A DNA stretch of 59,415 nucleotides, the filler included, from Sphacelaria rigidula (Eukaryota), in assembly GCA_964200075.2 (NCBI GenBank). It is 6 parts of 6 records of this genome, joined end to end, with 100 filler letters (N's around TTAATTAATTAA, not from the genome) between each part and the next. Parts side by side here need not be neighbours in the genome. Positions count along the whole stretch, not along the records: positions 19,841 to 29,660 come from CAXNAA020007693.1; positions 29,761 to 39,579 come from CAXNAA020007694.1; 4 more parts are not named here. One strand, 5' to 3'. Shown here one piece after another: positions 24,896 through 38,416 of the stretch. The notes beneath the pieces are model-generated. The model was not told the origin of the DNA. It saw only the letters and a list, made by a program, of their open reading frames with translations, and did no database searches. Each line of letters begins with the position of its first letter. Position 1 is the first letter of the stretch. A program made the translations under genes and the position numbers.

Positions 24896-25981
24896 TTTTC
24901 CGGACACGGAGGTCTCATCCCCCCCCTTCTCGGAAAACATTTTTTTTTTAATTGTCGTGATTTTTGACATTTTTTTTTGTGATTTTTTCTTGAATTTTTT
25001 GTTGAAATTGTTGGAAAAATTGATTAACAAACACTGACAAAAACCGAAAATTCTGGCGGGCTTTGAGAGGTTCGTATATTTACTTCTGCTCCTTACCCGC
25101 CCTGTCCCAATGATGTTGGATGACGGCAACGCTGACAGATATCTTTGTATACACGAGCGCACGGTAGCGACAGCCTGTAGCCAAAGTAGCAACGTTTTTT
25201 GCCAATTTTTCCCGTACTGCTTGTGGTAAATAGTGGAGGCACACGACACGGAACATGATCCCATAAATGTAATAATGGTAGGTGATGAGCTTGGAGGGGC
25301 GGTGTGTGCGTCATCTCAGCGGTCTCCAGGCCAAGAGTCTCTGTACACGGCAGCTGACTGCATCCGCCAACGCCTCGGCAATAAAAAAGGGGACAGCAGG
25401 CTGGGTGTCCCACCCTCCCCTTTAAAAGCTCGAATTTTCGATCTTGGGGCCTATGTGCCCCGAAATATATTTTTGACAGACCCTCGCTTAACCACTGTTG
25501 TAGTCTCCTTCTCTGCTCCTCCTTTTCCCCATCTTTTTCTCTGTATGTGTTCTTCCCTACCGATGTATGCATGTATGCCAGAGTAGTGTGGTGTCTCGTT
25601 TCATTGTGCGTTGTGTTCGTCTATGAATGAGAGTGTTCACCCTCGGGTTCATACTAAAAATATTGCGGTCACGGTAGACGAGGCGCAATCTTTTCCTACG
25701 GCCTTTTGTTCTCCACGACTGGGTATGAGGGTGCTTCTGCGCAAGACCTTTTCCCACCAAAACCACATCCCAGAGGCCGGCCATTTTTGTTTTGTTTTTC
25801 CTCCTCTCTTTCTCCCTTTTTTTTTTCTTAGTATACTCTGCTGTTCTGTTTAACCTTTTCTGTTTCTTTTTTCTTTTTCAGCGAGTGTTTCAGTATTGTT
25901 CTGTTTTGGATACTCCCGTCATGTGATCACGGCTCGAGGGTCAGTCAAAGTACGACAATCAATCGATCAATCAAACAGTAC

Positions 25982-27250
25982 CTGAGAAGCATGGGCATGT
26001 GCGTCTACGAAGCCCGGAATGATGAGCTTTCCCCGAAAGTCTGCCACTTCTACTCCCCCTGCCATCAGGTCAGCCACCATACCCTCGGATCCATCGTCGT
26101 TCATGTCGTAAACAGCGGAAATCGCGCCGTCTTCGTCCACCACGATTGCTGCATCCAGCAAAATCTAACGCAGGAGAGCGGGTGAGTGGGTGCCCAGGTG
26201 GCAAGTCGATGAAAAGTACAGTCAGTATTGAGAGACGGTACAGCTGGAACTACAACGTGACGTCACAAGGAACGCTCATGATTTGGTGCTGACAAACAGT
26301 GCAGTGCCGTACCGACAACAGTGGAGACGGAGACAGTGCAGCGGAGTGCATCGCAGACAGTATAGCCAGTAGAGGTTACAGGTCATACAATACCCATCAA
26401 CAACCGCGAACAGCACCATCTCCTATGATGCTTTAATAATCTTCCTTATTGCACAGCCTGATAGATTCTTGTTGGTTCGATTTTGTCCACGACAACGGTG
26501 CTCATATCAACTCTAGCCTCAGGCTCATAGCTGTTTAATCATCAGTGGTAACATGTCTCACTGTAGATATTTCGATCGAGCTGCTCAACAGAAGGTGCCG
26601 ACTCCAGCGTCTCGAGAGCGCGGAGTTCGCCAGCCATGTCAGGGTGATACGGTGGCGACTTCAAATCTTCATCACTTTCAGGGTGGGTATGCTTTAGATT
26701 CGGCAGTGGCTACAATACGGTTCCTGGCCGTATGCTTTCAGGTTAGCAATGCCGTTCGAGAGCTCAGTTGAGCCCACCACGGTACAGGTTGTACACATGT
26801 ACAGGAGGCAGTGGAGGAGCTAAAAGTGTGCGCAGTACTCACACAGACGGACGGTGGTTGTAAGATCTCCTCAGGAACAGCGTTTCCCACACACAAAAAC
26901 ACTTGGCGAACGAGATGCCAGTGTTGCGGTCGCATGCACGAGTCAGTCATCGAAGCTGTGCATTAAATGACTACACATTAGAACAGCCTTTGCTTCTACT
27001 ACACTGTGACTCGTCAACGGCATTGTCGAACGCCAGGCGTCAGTTGCGTACTGATCAGTCTGTAGCCAAGAGATAACAAGACGACTTGGACAGGTTCAAG
27101 TCCTCTCAACTCCAAAACACGGAACAAAATCACCAAATCCACGACACCTCTTCCACTGACCTGGACATTGCCCAAAGCAATGGAGTGTACCATAGTACCA
27201 CGGTATACGCAACCAGTGGAAACATCCAGGGATGCCGAGGACTGAGACAT
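25982..27250 (-). CDS. GDA: Guanine deaminase (amidohydrolase superfamily), first two exons only
   Basis: Exon 1 27250-27161 (MSQSSASLDVSTGCVYRGTMVHSIALGNVQ|gt) and exon 2 26164-25982 (ag|ILLDAAIVVDEDG...DFRGKLIIPGFVDAHAHASQ|gt) are both phase 0. GTxVHS and PGFVDxHxHAxQ are guanine deaminase signatures. Later exons not found in this contig. Confidence 0.85.
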
Positions 27251-28533
27251 AGCTGGCTTGCCGCGATTGCTTCCGGATCCAACAGCGCAGATGATGAAGT
27301 TCAGACACCCGAAGAGTACTCACAACCCACAGGACAGGACAGTATGGTCACAGCAACAGTACAGTAGAACTGGAGAAGGGGACGGTGATACAATGGTTTT
27401 GAATAGCCTTGCAATCTTCCTCCTGTCCCCAGACTTATCAATTTTCGAGATCAAAGTGATGGTGGGGGCTCCTATCGTGTGATCTGCGGTGTCTCAAGAA
27501 CGAGACTATCTTCAAGGTGTCTTCCGTTGTAGCCTAATGAAAACCACAGCGCTGGGTCGGCACCCATCAAACGAAATGGGCTGGATTATGATCATTTCAA
27601 TTGTCTTGAAAAATGGTTGATTGATAGATTGATGGTGAGAGAAAATGATATTTGTTTTTGTAAAAGGCACCATACCGCAAGCACTGCGATGTCTATCTTG
27701 CCATTTCATTTGATTGACTGATAGCCAACTACCGTATAGATTACGTGGTTGAGCACTCAAACGATTGGAGTGGCGACAGAACTCTAGACAGAGAAAGACT
27801 GAAGGGGAAAATGGAGTATGACTACATTGAGCATCCACAGATATAAGGGAGAAAAGAGGAGGATGGCAGCACGATCCGTACGCAAGTCGTACGCGGCAAT
27901 ATCCGGATTTGCTCCCTGTATTGTACGCCTATCAAGTTCCTGACCGCCAGCGTGAGTTATCCCTTGAATCGGGATTATTTTCACTCGCAAATTATCATGA
28001 CTGACTGCAAGACCCAAACGATCCCACCCTGGCGGATAAAGGGTTAATTTCTGGAAGACGTGGTTTGTGGCCGTGGGGAGCGCTGACCTGGATGCATCCC
28101 GCTTTGAATGGGGTGTAAAAGACGGTACAATACATTGATTGTTCTACTGTAATGTACATGTTGTGCTGATATATATTTTCCTTGACAACACTTGCCCCGC
28201 GAGCGGATTCGTGTGCTGATTATCCGGAGGCTCGGCTAGACTGCCTCGCGGCCCTCATGTGGGACAGGCGCCTCGAGCGCTCGCGAGCTTTGCTCAAGGC
28301 AGAAGGGGTTTCGCCCACTAAACCCCTTATCAACTTGGCACACACACAAACACACACACACACACACAAACTTATGCGGCGCAATCTCCGCAATCATCTG
28401 TTTCGCATGTGCCCGTTCGGTGGATCCACAACAGCTGGTGTCACGAATAGGTCAAGCCAGGAGGCGATGGTGTTCCTCAGGAGAGCCTCTGTTGGTTTAC
28501 AACTCTCGCTCATTGTGGGATCCTCGCAGTGTT

Positions 28534-29267
28534 ATGGCTACTTCTTCTGTGTATGCCGGCGCAGAAGTGCGATCATCCATGTACGCTCAGCTGCTGAATC
28601 GCCCGCCGCCTTACCGCGTTCGAGTTTACAATGATGAGCTCTATCGACAAATGCTCCAGCATCAGCTGCAGGACGGAGCTGCCCCGTTTGGCGTGCCGAG
28701 CTCTCCCACCGGAGGCAGATCGATCAAGTCTAAGTGAGATAAGATGCATTTTAAACCGTTTCGTGTCACTGTTTTGTAAGCTGGGGCTTCAATAACGTTT
28801 TGAATGCCAGCGCATGTAGACGAGACTACTACACGATTGTATCGAAGCGTCTCCCGGGTGCGGTAGTCTGTCTCAGTTTCGCCGCGTTTCGCTCAAGTGC
28901 GCTTGTGTGACGGAGACCAGGTTCACCCTGATGCTGACTGCGACCTAGATGTTGGGAATCAATGGACGAAGAAAACGGACATACTAGAAGCCCGATGCCC
29001 GTGCCTCCGCACCTATCGATATTGTCGCCACGCGTTGTGTGCTCTGTACCGTACTGCGTAGACCATCACGTCCTTCGTTGCAACGACGATCGGAATTGAG
29101 GGTACAGGCTGGGGAAGAAGCAAAGAGAAAGCGACGCAAAGAGCAGTACATGAAGAAACTTTTTCAGCAGGAGCAATTACAGGAGAGACTTTTGAAAGAG
29201 CACGCGGCGGAACAGGCTTCGCGCAAGGAGCGGGACTTTTTGTTACTCCACGAAGAGGTCTTGGAAG
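28534..29267 (+). CDS. Hypothetical protein with charged coiled-coil segment, first two exons
   Basis: Exon 1 28534-28733 (MATSSVYAGAEVRSSMYAQLLNRPPPYRVRVYNDELYRQMLQHQ...|gtgag) and exon 2 29062-29267 (ag|...EEAKRKRRKEQYMKKLFQQEQLQERLLKEHAAEQASRKERDFLLLHEEVLE-G|gtaat) have compatible phases. Runs off the contig. Confidence 0.65.
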
Positions 29268-31143
29268 GTAATACAGTACTCAGTTTCCGGGATACGATCG
29301 AACCCTTCGGTTACCCATATGCCATATTTCTGGAGTTTTCTACTACGGGAGTGCCGCGAATCTTTGAAAAGGCTATGCGTACAGTAGGTTTAAGTCCACC
29401 CTAGGCAAACGTGAGTGGTTAGCACGAAGTTATTGACGTTGATCTTATTTTGATTTGATTGTCGCACTTCAAATGACCACCCATGGGTCCAGCCGTGGTC
29501 GCATGATGGACGTTATACTAGACAAAAACTCCAAGCCGATGGGCGCGCAGCATCATTTTGCCATGGAGTCATCCTACGATAGGGGGGGGGGGGAATTTGG
29601 TTGCACGAAAAACGAGGCCCATAAGTGGGTCAGCCAACCTTCCCCACTTGCGTTCCGCTTNNNNNNNNNNNNNNNNNNNNNNNNNNNNNNNNNNNNNNNN
29701 NNNNTTAATTAATTAANNNNNNNNNNNNNNNNNNNNNNNNNNNNNNNNNNNNNNNNNNNNCTATCTTGATCCTCCCCCCCCCCCCCCCCCCCTCTTTCTC
29801 TCTTGAGATTTATTTTGGTGGCATGTATGTACGAATGTGCGGACTGTTGTTTGGGGATAGCTACAGTAGCTCCGCAGGTGGTAGTTGAAGCAAAAAGCTC
29901 TTTCATGGGCAAACTTATTGGCAAGAACGATCTCATGCGTTGGAGCACCCAGCAGCTGCTCAGTGTGCTCGGCTTTGCCATGATGATTTCGCATGTACTG
30001 TGGATTGTTCTTCATCAAGCCACCCACTTTTCTGGGGGGGGGGGGGGGGCTCCTCACTCTCCCGCACACCCCCGCCATGAAACGGCTAAGGCGGGCGGGG
30101 GGCGCCGCAGTGTTGTTCGTTTTTGGGGGGTCAANNNNNNNNNNCTTCTTGTTCTCTGTGTTCTCCTTATGTTTTTGCGTGTTATGTTGCCCCTCCTCCT
30201 CCCAGCCCCTCGGTGGGGGGGGGGGGGGGGGGGGGGGGCTCCTCACTCTACCGTACAGCACCGCCATGAAACAGCTAAGTCGGGCGAGGGTCGCCGCAGT
30301 GTTGTTCGTTTTTGAGGGGTCAACAAAAGTCGACGTGGAGTAAAAAAGCTTTTGACATTCCGTGGGCCATGCATGACCAAGCAAAATCAGTAGAGTACAG
30401 GGCGAAGCGATTTACCTGCCGCTGCTTCATCAAATGCGCTACTGTAGCTTGAAGGCGTTGGTTGCGGTGTCCGGGTGTGTCTCGCGGTCGCTTTGCGGCG
30501 ACCACGGAACGACGTCGGTGTTTTCGTCGGAGAAGAGCACCCCGTGTCTGAAATTTAATTAAGGATTGAGGGCGGGAGAGTGTTTCTTCTGTTTTTGTAT
30601 TTCTTAGAATTCTCCGGGTTCGAGTTCGGCATCGATTTTTTTTGTCAACCTTTGGCAGTAGGGTGGATCATCGGGATCCTCCTGAATTCATTGTTCAAGT
30701 GAATTTGATGGAGGTTCAACAAATGATAGACCGTGGTGGTCGAAGGACAAACTTGCTTTTTGAAGCTGATCCGCCGAAGGCGGTGCTACACATACAACAT
30801 ACATGCATGACACTCAAGTGCCATGCTGTTGGTGGTTGTTTCAATGTCCCCATGTTTTGACTGCTTTGGTGACGAAATATAACTATGCCAGCCGGTAACG
30901 GTCCCTAAAAAAAACGACGGTTTGCTTGGCAAAATATTACCGTCATGTTCCCGAAGAAAAAAGAAAGAATGAAGAAAAACAAAAAATTAATCGCGTAGAA
31001 TACAACATATATATATATGTATATATTAGCGTGTTTTGTCATGCCTCCTCTCAAGGGTTATTCGTGTTGTGTCGTACGTTGTCGTCCTGTCTTGTGTGTA
31101 ATCTCGTCCACAGGAGGAAAAGTTGGGCAAGCAAAAAGTGATA

Positions 31144-31303
31144 GAGATAACCAAGGACATGACACTGGGACCGCTCGACGCCTTCAAGAAAAAAATGGGG
31201 TGGGGATAAAACAAGCCGTCCGAAGAGATGACCAAAGACACGACACTGGGACCGCTCGACGCCTCAAAGAGGAAAATGAGATCGGGATAAACTAGCCGTC
31301 CAA
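31144..31303 (+). repeat. Tandem duplication, ~80-bp unit x2
   Basis: gagat(a/g)accaa.gaca(t/c)gacactgggaccgctcgacgcct...gggataaa...agccgtcc occurs twice. Confidence 0.8.
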
Positions 31304-32232
31304 ACGCACCCCCGCCGATGGCGGGTGGCCATCGGGGCTCTTCGGCTGGCATGCCGACGAGGGTGTTTCCTCGGTCGTTGAATATGACCTGGGTTGCAAG
31401 GAGGGGAAAGGGGGGGAGAGGAGGAGGTAGGTACTTGGCCTTTTGTCCTTTATGGGAGTGGGAGGGGGGGGGTTCCACAGTCCAGAACCGGGGTTCTATC
31501 GTGTTGAGCACGAGGCTGTGGAATGAAGGGAAGGGTTTGTCGTAGGTTGAAAAAAATATGTTTTAGACACCCACACCACTTGTAGAGAGGCTTAGAGGTT
31601 TGTGCGGGGGCCGATGCTGTGTGATGGTGGTTGTTCCCGCACCCGTTGAGACGAGGTGAAAATATTTGTTTGTTTTTTTCTTACGGGACTACCGTATTTT
31701 TGCTCATGTCTTGAGAAGCGACTGCTGGGGGAGGGCGGGGGGGGGGGAATTAGCCATCGCCGTCGGCACCGCCTTGTGTTCCATGGCTTCTTTTCTCGAG
31801 ATGTGGAGAAGAGAGCATGGAATGATTTACCTTGCATTTTTTCTTGGTTTTTCTCCCGTTCCTTGTCATTCTGTACTGTGATTTCCTTCATGGAAGCGAT
31901 CAAGTTCGAAGCAGGAATGACCGAGGAGCGATGGGTTCTTCTTGCGTTGATGTACGCATGGGACACAAATGGTACGATATCGTAACGTGTCATGCGTGTG
32001 GGGTAACAAACGTGAGTTCGCGATATGGTCTTTATTTAATTATCCGAGTAAAACGTAACTTTTACGCGTACAGGGCACGCCACACGTGCGTGCACGCATG
32101 GTTCCCGTCACACTAGACCGACTGTACAGCCTCACGGCCGAACGCGCTGTTCGAATCGCACAGATGCTCGAGGCATGTCGTCGGTTGGATAGGTGCTACG
32201 AGCCCATCATTGGTTCATGACAGGTGCACGAA

Positions 32233-32440
32233 TGTTGGATGCTGCTGAGCAATATCCAAAACAAAGGAAACGAGTGTGGCTCAAACAAACCAAGTATCTT
32301 CATGACCGGTAAACGACTGTTGGATGCTGTTGAGTAATTTCCAGAAGAAAAGTGTGGCTCAAACAGACCAAGTATCACCATGACCAGTAAACGACTGTTG
32401 GGTGCTGTTGAGCAATGTGCAGCAACACACTAAACGACTG
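32233..32440 (+). repeat. Tandem repeat, ~80-bp unit x2.5
   Basis: tgttggatgctg.tgag.aat...agtgtggctcaaaca.accaagtatc..catgacc.gtaaacgac repeated. Confidence 0.8.
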
Positions 32441-32914
32441 TAACTCAACTTGGCCAAGTACATCACCCCCACGCTATCGCCCCATTTCACAACTACTATG
32501 ATCGTTGAGGGCCGCCGCTTGGTCGCAACTACCCCCAAGCGAGATACACCATCACACCAGGGATGTTGGTCCTATAGGTGAGCATACTGCAGGTTTTCCC
32601 CGAGAAAAACACAGAAGACTTGACGAGATGAATCAGCACATGCAGATTACGATGACACCGTGACGAGCGCCCTCCACCCTGCCCTTACTCCCTTCGCCTG
32701 GGTCCTGGCCACGTTCCGCGTGTACCCTCTCCAGCTACCTCGACACGATCCAGCATATCCCAATCCCACCTTCTCCTACGCCCCCGCTCGGCTCAACCAT
32801 ATTTCAAATTCCCTGCTCGTTGGGTCGAACAGCTGCACAAGTAGTCACTCTTGTACTGGTGTCTATGTACACGGGAACCCCGTCTTCCTCTTCTCTCGCT
32901 CATAGCACCCCGAG

Positions 32915-35900
32915 CTATCGCAGGGCGTCTGGTGTTCCCCGCGCTTCGGCCGTTATCCTGGATTCACCGTCACCCTCATTCCTCTCTTGTCTCTCCTTGT
33001 CCTCCCTTCTAATTTCCTCATTTTTCTTCTTAGCTTGCAGTTTCCTGCGGTATCTCCGCACCTCTTGCGCGAATCCCCACAGCAAGGGGAACGCAAGGGG
33101 TCCCAGGAAGGGCATATACACCGCCACCAGATGATCCTCTGGGAAATACAGTTGCGGGATCATTGTAGGGTCGAAGTAGGCGGCCTCAGCTCGCTGCAGT
33201 GATTCTCGAGCCCATCTTAGCGCCCGCCTCGCACCATCGTCGTACAGCGCCCGCCGCCCAACGCTCAGCCCTTCGCCGCCTCCGACCCCGCTACTACGAC
33301 CCACCGGGCTTGCCGCGTCCTCCGGTGATGGAATGTGTGTTTGCCGTGCAGTGGCGGAGCCGGCAGCGGCCGGAGTAGTATCACCGCGGCTATGATCTCC
33401 CGATGCTCCTGCTGTCCCCGGCGTCGTTGCTGCTGTTACGCTTGTCGACTGGCCAGATATTACCGTCGCGTCTGTCCTTCGGAGGGCAGCAAGTGCCGCA
33501 CTCACATCGTCTGCGATCTTGTTACTAATTTCCATCTCGGAGCTGGATTCCACCAGCGCCGCGAGGGACCGCAGGGTATCCGCCGCGGCGCGGCGGTGAT
33601 GAGCGAGTCTTGCGCGCACCAATGCGTCTACTTCCCACTCGGTTGCCCCGTCCTGCGGGGACGGAAGAAACACCAACGACACCGTTGTAGGAGGCGGATC
33701 TTGAGAGACTGAGCACAACTGACAAGTACTAGTGATCTTCCCTGCACCACCGGGGGACTCGCTAGCAGAAGTTACTCTCTCCTTCATGTCCCCGTCACCC
33801 TGGTCGCTGATTTTTGTTGGATCGTGCCCGTCCTCACCACTGTCAAGGCCGTCTGCGAAAGATATCCGAGGCCAAGGAGCTTGGGTCGGCCGGTCGGCGG
33901 GCCGCGGGAGCCCGATGATGCGCCGCAGTTGCGCTGCGTGTGCACCCAACGCTCTCCGAATGCGCTCTGGGTTCACCACGTCCACCGAGGAATCTACAGC
34001 AGAGGTTGCGTCCTTCGGCGTTGACGATGTTGCCGACGTCTTTCTAAAACCGTTGATCACCGACACCCCGCCGAACCCTGGTACCTCGTATGCCTCCGCG
34101 GCAGGCTGTTTCGAGCTTCCTGCGCCAACCCACTCTTCCATGAAAACTAAAGGAGAGTATGCAGAAGAGGGACAGAAAACCATGAAATTGACGGGGACTT
34201 GCCCGTGCGGGGAAGACGTCGTTCGGTGATTAATGTCAGTAACGTTGACGGCGCCTTCTCCACTTACTATGCTGTTTCCATCGGTTGGTGCTGCTCCCCA
34301 TGGATCGTCGAGATCAAGAATTGAGAAATCGTTTACACCTAGGAAGCCTTTCAAATCCTGCGGAGAGTAGTACCACCGTCGGCTGCGCGGATGTTGTCGA
34401 GGCGGGAACCGTGATAGCTTTGCGTAGGCAACCTCCTGAGACTAGAAGTTGCAGTTGCGAAAGGAGACAGGGGTGGAAGGTGAATGGGCAGGGGGGGAGT
34501 TGTCGCATGAAGCTTGTCGGATGAGAATAGAGCAGAATGGTGCAGAGGCCGGGTAGACGGGAGGAACGAGTAGGTTTTCAGATTAGGGATAAGTGGGGCG
34601 TCGTACAAGGGTCGTCGATGTTCTGGGGATTTCACTGATAAAACGGAGACGTAATGTCAGCACGGCACGCCCCGTTTCAGATCAGATTTAGGGTTGTTAC
34701 CACGGAGCTCACGCCCCTAGGCGCCTTTCCAACACATACAAATTGGTGGGTCTGTACCGTCGTATACTCAATATTATAGTTAGCACGCTGACAGTGCAGC
34801 GTATAACACACATGAGTCGCCACTGGCATTCTACTCGCACCAGTGGCTAACATCATATGCTATGAGCTGCATCGCCACTTCCTAACTCGTATTGCATCGT
34901 GTTCACCTGCACAGCAAAGCTCGCCACCGGATTAAGCTTTGTTAGAAGCGGCCTTAGATATCTCCTCGACGCGCTTGCGAAGTCCCATGTGCATTGCCTA
35001 ACGGCGGGATCCTCGCTCATTAACGAGAAATTCAGGCGGTACGCCTGCCCCAGCCTTGCGTGAACATCCCCAGGCGACACGGGCGATCGCAAAACATGCG
35101 CCATAATGATCTCCGCTAGCGACTGTACCACCGCCAGAGCGGCCGCCGCCGCCGCCGCACGCGCCGCGACCCCCAGAGCATCTCTCACAGGTCCTCCTCG
35201 TCCTGAGGACGCCGTTCCCGCCGTTGTTTCAGGTTTTTTCACGTCCGATGGTGCCCGCGAGGATCTTTGCGTCACCTTGTTCTCGTTGGTAATTGTGGCG
35301 GCGGGAGTTAATTTCACGTCGGTTGGGTTATATGACATGTGTGGGTCGTTTCCCGCGTCGTTGCCGTCGTGACTGCAGGAGCACCCGCAGCCGAGGCCTA
35401 GATAGCCATGCCTGTGCTTGCCCATGATGAATACGGGGGACTGCCCCGATGCGCCACCCCCCGAGCAGCCGACAAAGAACGTATATCTTGTAGTGGGAGT
35501 AAAAGACGCCGACGGCTCTGCCGTCAAGGGCACAGCGGACGCTGATCTTCGGCCGTTGTCGGTCACAGAGAGGGCGGCTTTCGTTGGCTTGGCTCCGGCG
35601 TGTTGGTATTGTTTGTGGTAGGGTATTAGTAGATCGACGAGCCACTCATCAAGAGCTTCGGGTTGGCTAACAGGAGGCTCTAGTGCTGCAGCCGACGGCA
35701 CGGTATAGACGTAGCGAAGGTCGACATCTCGGACGAAGAAGAGGGGTTGCTCTGGGTCTTGTTCATTCGTGCTGGAACCGTGTGAGGAACCTGCCCGCGC
35801 GCCTGCCTGCTTCTGCTGGTTCCTTCTGTCGAGTTGCTCAGCCGATAGAAACACATCCCGAACCAGAGATGGGTCGGATTGCATGGCGTCTAGAATTGAT

Positions 35901-36139
35901 GCGCAGGATGGACAGTCTACTCCACTGCTACTTGCTACTACCCCCGCCGTGCGGGTGTTGCGCAGCACGACAAGATCGATGTCTACCGGTACTGCTGAAG
36001 GCAGTGTAGAGCTCAAATTGGCCATGACCTTCAGAGGCAGGGGGGCACGGCTCACCACCCCAAGGCGCCATGCTACCAACACGCTGATGAGCGAGAAGAC
36101 CAGAAAGCACGTGTGGGCTACTAATCGTGTCCCAGCCAT
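32915..36139 (-). CDS. PIGS: GPI transamidase subunit PIG-S (Gpi17 family), complete, 2 exons, ~919 aa
   Basis: Exon 1 36139-34907 (N-terminal TM helix then RAPLP; YRLNFSLMSEDP...WDF...YLRPLL...FAVQ|gt) and exon 2 34441-32915 (ag|SQEVAYA...EVPGFGGVSVIN...QLRRIIGLP...EWEVDAL...TLRSLAALV...AYFDPTMIPQLYFPEDHLVAVYMPFLGPLAFPLL, stop). Phase-0 junction; C-terminal signature typical of PIG-S. Confidence 0.9.
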
Positions 36140-37684
36140 CGACAGGCTCTCGGTAGCTCTACCGCCCCTCTCACCACGCCCATGGAGATCAAGCACAAGT
36201 CCATGTTTTCGGTGTGTACATAAGTTATTTTCAGACCCCCGGTCCGGAGATATGGATACCTCCAAAAACGTTTTTTTCTTCTCCACATTTGTTTTTCGAG
36301 CAGAGCCGTTCGGCAAGTAACTGAATAACTTGATTACAAAAATGATTTACCTTGTGCGTCAAAACCTCATAAAGAACCATGGAGAACTATTCAGACGAAG
36401 CACACGAACATACATCATTGGTATGTCCGAGCGATCGAAGGTATCGAACAGGCAGTACAAGAAGAGACAACACATCAAAACATCTACCCCAGCAAACTTC
36501 AGGTGGAAATATACAAATATACCTCTCTGCACTATGACCGACATCAGAAGTTTATATCGTATCGTGCCACGCATACATCATGATCTTGAGGTAGATGAAC
36601 GTCGAGATGTGGAACGTTCCGCAAAGCACTGCTACACGTTTCACCATCAAGCCATAGGCGCTATATCGAGTTCTATCCGATGGCAACGCGCCCGCCTCTC
36701 CCTGAAGGCTGGGAGGAGCGAAGAGATCCTCAGGTGTGAAGTTGATACCATTCCTGGTACATTTTGTCTTCTAGTCCCAAGAGCTCCTGTGCCTTGACTA
36801 CGATGCTTTGCTGTACGGTACGGCGGTTTCAATAGTAAAAACAAGTCGGAAAGTTTTCGGCTTTTTTTTGCGTCCCACGGGTTGCCCCAAAAGTTGAATC
36901 GCCTGACGAGCAGACTCACGCGAGAGGAGTACTGACTACTGCGGGTGTCTCGATGGGTGTGATAGATGCAAATTGCGACACTAGGCTATGATTTTCTGCA
37001 CTGCTGTATTCGATAACTTCCGTGAACAGAAAAATGCTGCCTCCTTTCCTGGCTTTCCGGTTCAGTCAGTTTTGACCTATGGTTGGTGAACTTTGCTTGC
37101 GTTGGGCACTGGATGTTGCACTCTGTCCTCCGGACACTGGCAGCTGGGCTGTCTCTGCAGCAGTGAACAGCATTATCGTGCGGACAGCAAACCTGTGTGC
37201 TGCGCTACTACCGTACCATACTGCTGTACTGCTTGTACAAGCTCGATCGAAGGTTTCAGCGCTTTGCATCTCGGTGCTTGAAATGTACTGCTTACTAACC
37301 AACAGCGGAGTCTATCGTCTACAATGATAACGTCGACAGATGTCGTTCTGTGCAGTCCAGTCCAGTATAACAAAGCCCTAGATTGACCATGTGTCCAACA
37401 GTATTGTGCGAAGATGTCGCACCATCTGGAAGGCCATCTGGAATTGTTGTGGAACCTTCGACTACGCCTACCTGAAACCCACTCCCTTGAACACCAGTAG
37501 GTATAGAAGTAACATTCAATATTCCGACCCCGACTTTTCCCGCAGACTCTCTCATGACAGCTGGAAACCCTTCCCCTCCTCTAGTCAGCAGTATGGAAAA
37601 CATCACAGCTCCTAGTTGTGTGAAGAATATTGTGTCGACCCCGTGCGTTCCTTCATCGCTACCTCTTATTGTACACATACTTGA

Positions 37685-37887
37685 CCCTTTGACCGCGAGG
37701 GTTGGTCACATGCTGAATCGCCATCAATTTTCACTGGAGAAGGGTATTCATGGTCCAGATGGACTGCCCTCGCGGTCTAGGGGTTAACCCTTTGACCGGG
37801 AGGGTAGGTCACCTGCGGAATCGACATCAATTTCACTTGAAAAAGTACGCGTGATCCAGATGGACTACCCGCATCGCGGTCTAAGGG
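37685..37887. mobile_element. Two head-to-tail ~100-bp piggyBac-like MITEs sharing a TTAA
   Basis: Units 37685-37783 and 37788-37887, each CCCTTTGACCG...CGCGGTCTA(G/A)GGG; flanks ttga / TTAA / ctaa. Confidence 0.75.
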
Positions 37888-37962
37888 CTAAGTTTTCACC
37901 GGTACCACGCCACGATGTGCCGAGGTGTCATGTCATGCCGTTGCACCGAAGCTACAGATTAG

Positions 37963-38416
37963 ACCAATTTTTATGGCAATCACCAACCTCGATTTTTTCA
38001 ATTTTTTCGAGAATCGGGTGAAAAAAATCGGGGAGCGGATTTCATGGACATCGATTTGGACCAAATCGGGGGCGAAAAAATCGGGGAGTCACGATCTCGG
38101 AACGGTTGGAAAAATCGGGGGATATCGTTCCGAGATCGTGACTCCCCTCGATTTTTTTGCTCTGTATTACCCCAGGGTACCAAGGTACGACACTGCACTC
38201 GGAGGATTGTTCACCGCCTGCCTGCTCTTCGGCTTCATGCACGAGTACACAGTACCACACTCATGCAGAAAATGACCGTCTGTGTACAGAACTGTTTCAC
38301 AAATCTGTGATACTGTACTGTTGTCTGTACCATGAAACGATCCCCCCGACTTTGAGTTCGCGAATTTGAGTTCCCCCGTCCCCAAAAAATCGACATTCGT
38401 TGCCATTAAAGTTGGT
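37963..38416. mobile_element. MITE with 17-bp TIRs, 3-bp TSD (TAG) and internal hairpin
   Basis: accaatttttatggcaa...ttgccattaaagttggt with TAG on both sides; repeated aaaatcgggg motifs; internal inverted repeat at ~38075-38158. Confidence 0.7.

Noticed and set aside
24524-25264. 246-aa minus-strand ORF
   Set aside because: Runs through an inverted-repeat arm and poly-T tracts; no protein-like motifs.
30034-30330. Apparent ~95-bp tandem duplication after poly-G tracts
   Set aside because: The copies flank a 10-N gap and the first differs mostly by changes to G/C after a homopolymer, typical of low-quality read ends; probably an assembly artefact.
33335-36320. Plus-strand ORFs (e.g. 33732-34229, 35769-36320) overlapping PIG-S
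   Set aside because: Antisense shadows of GC-rich coding exons with no recognisable motifs.
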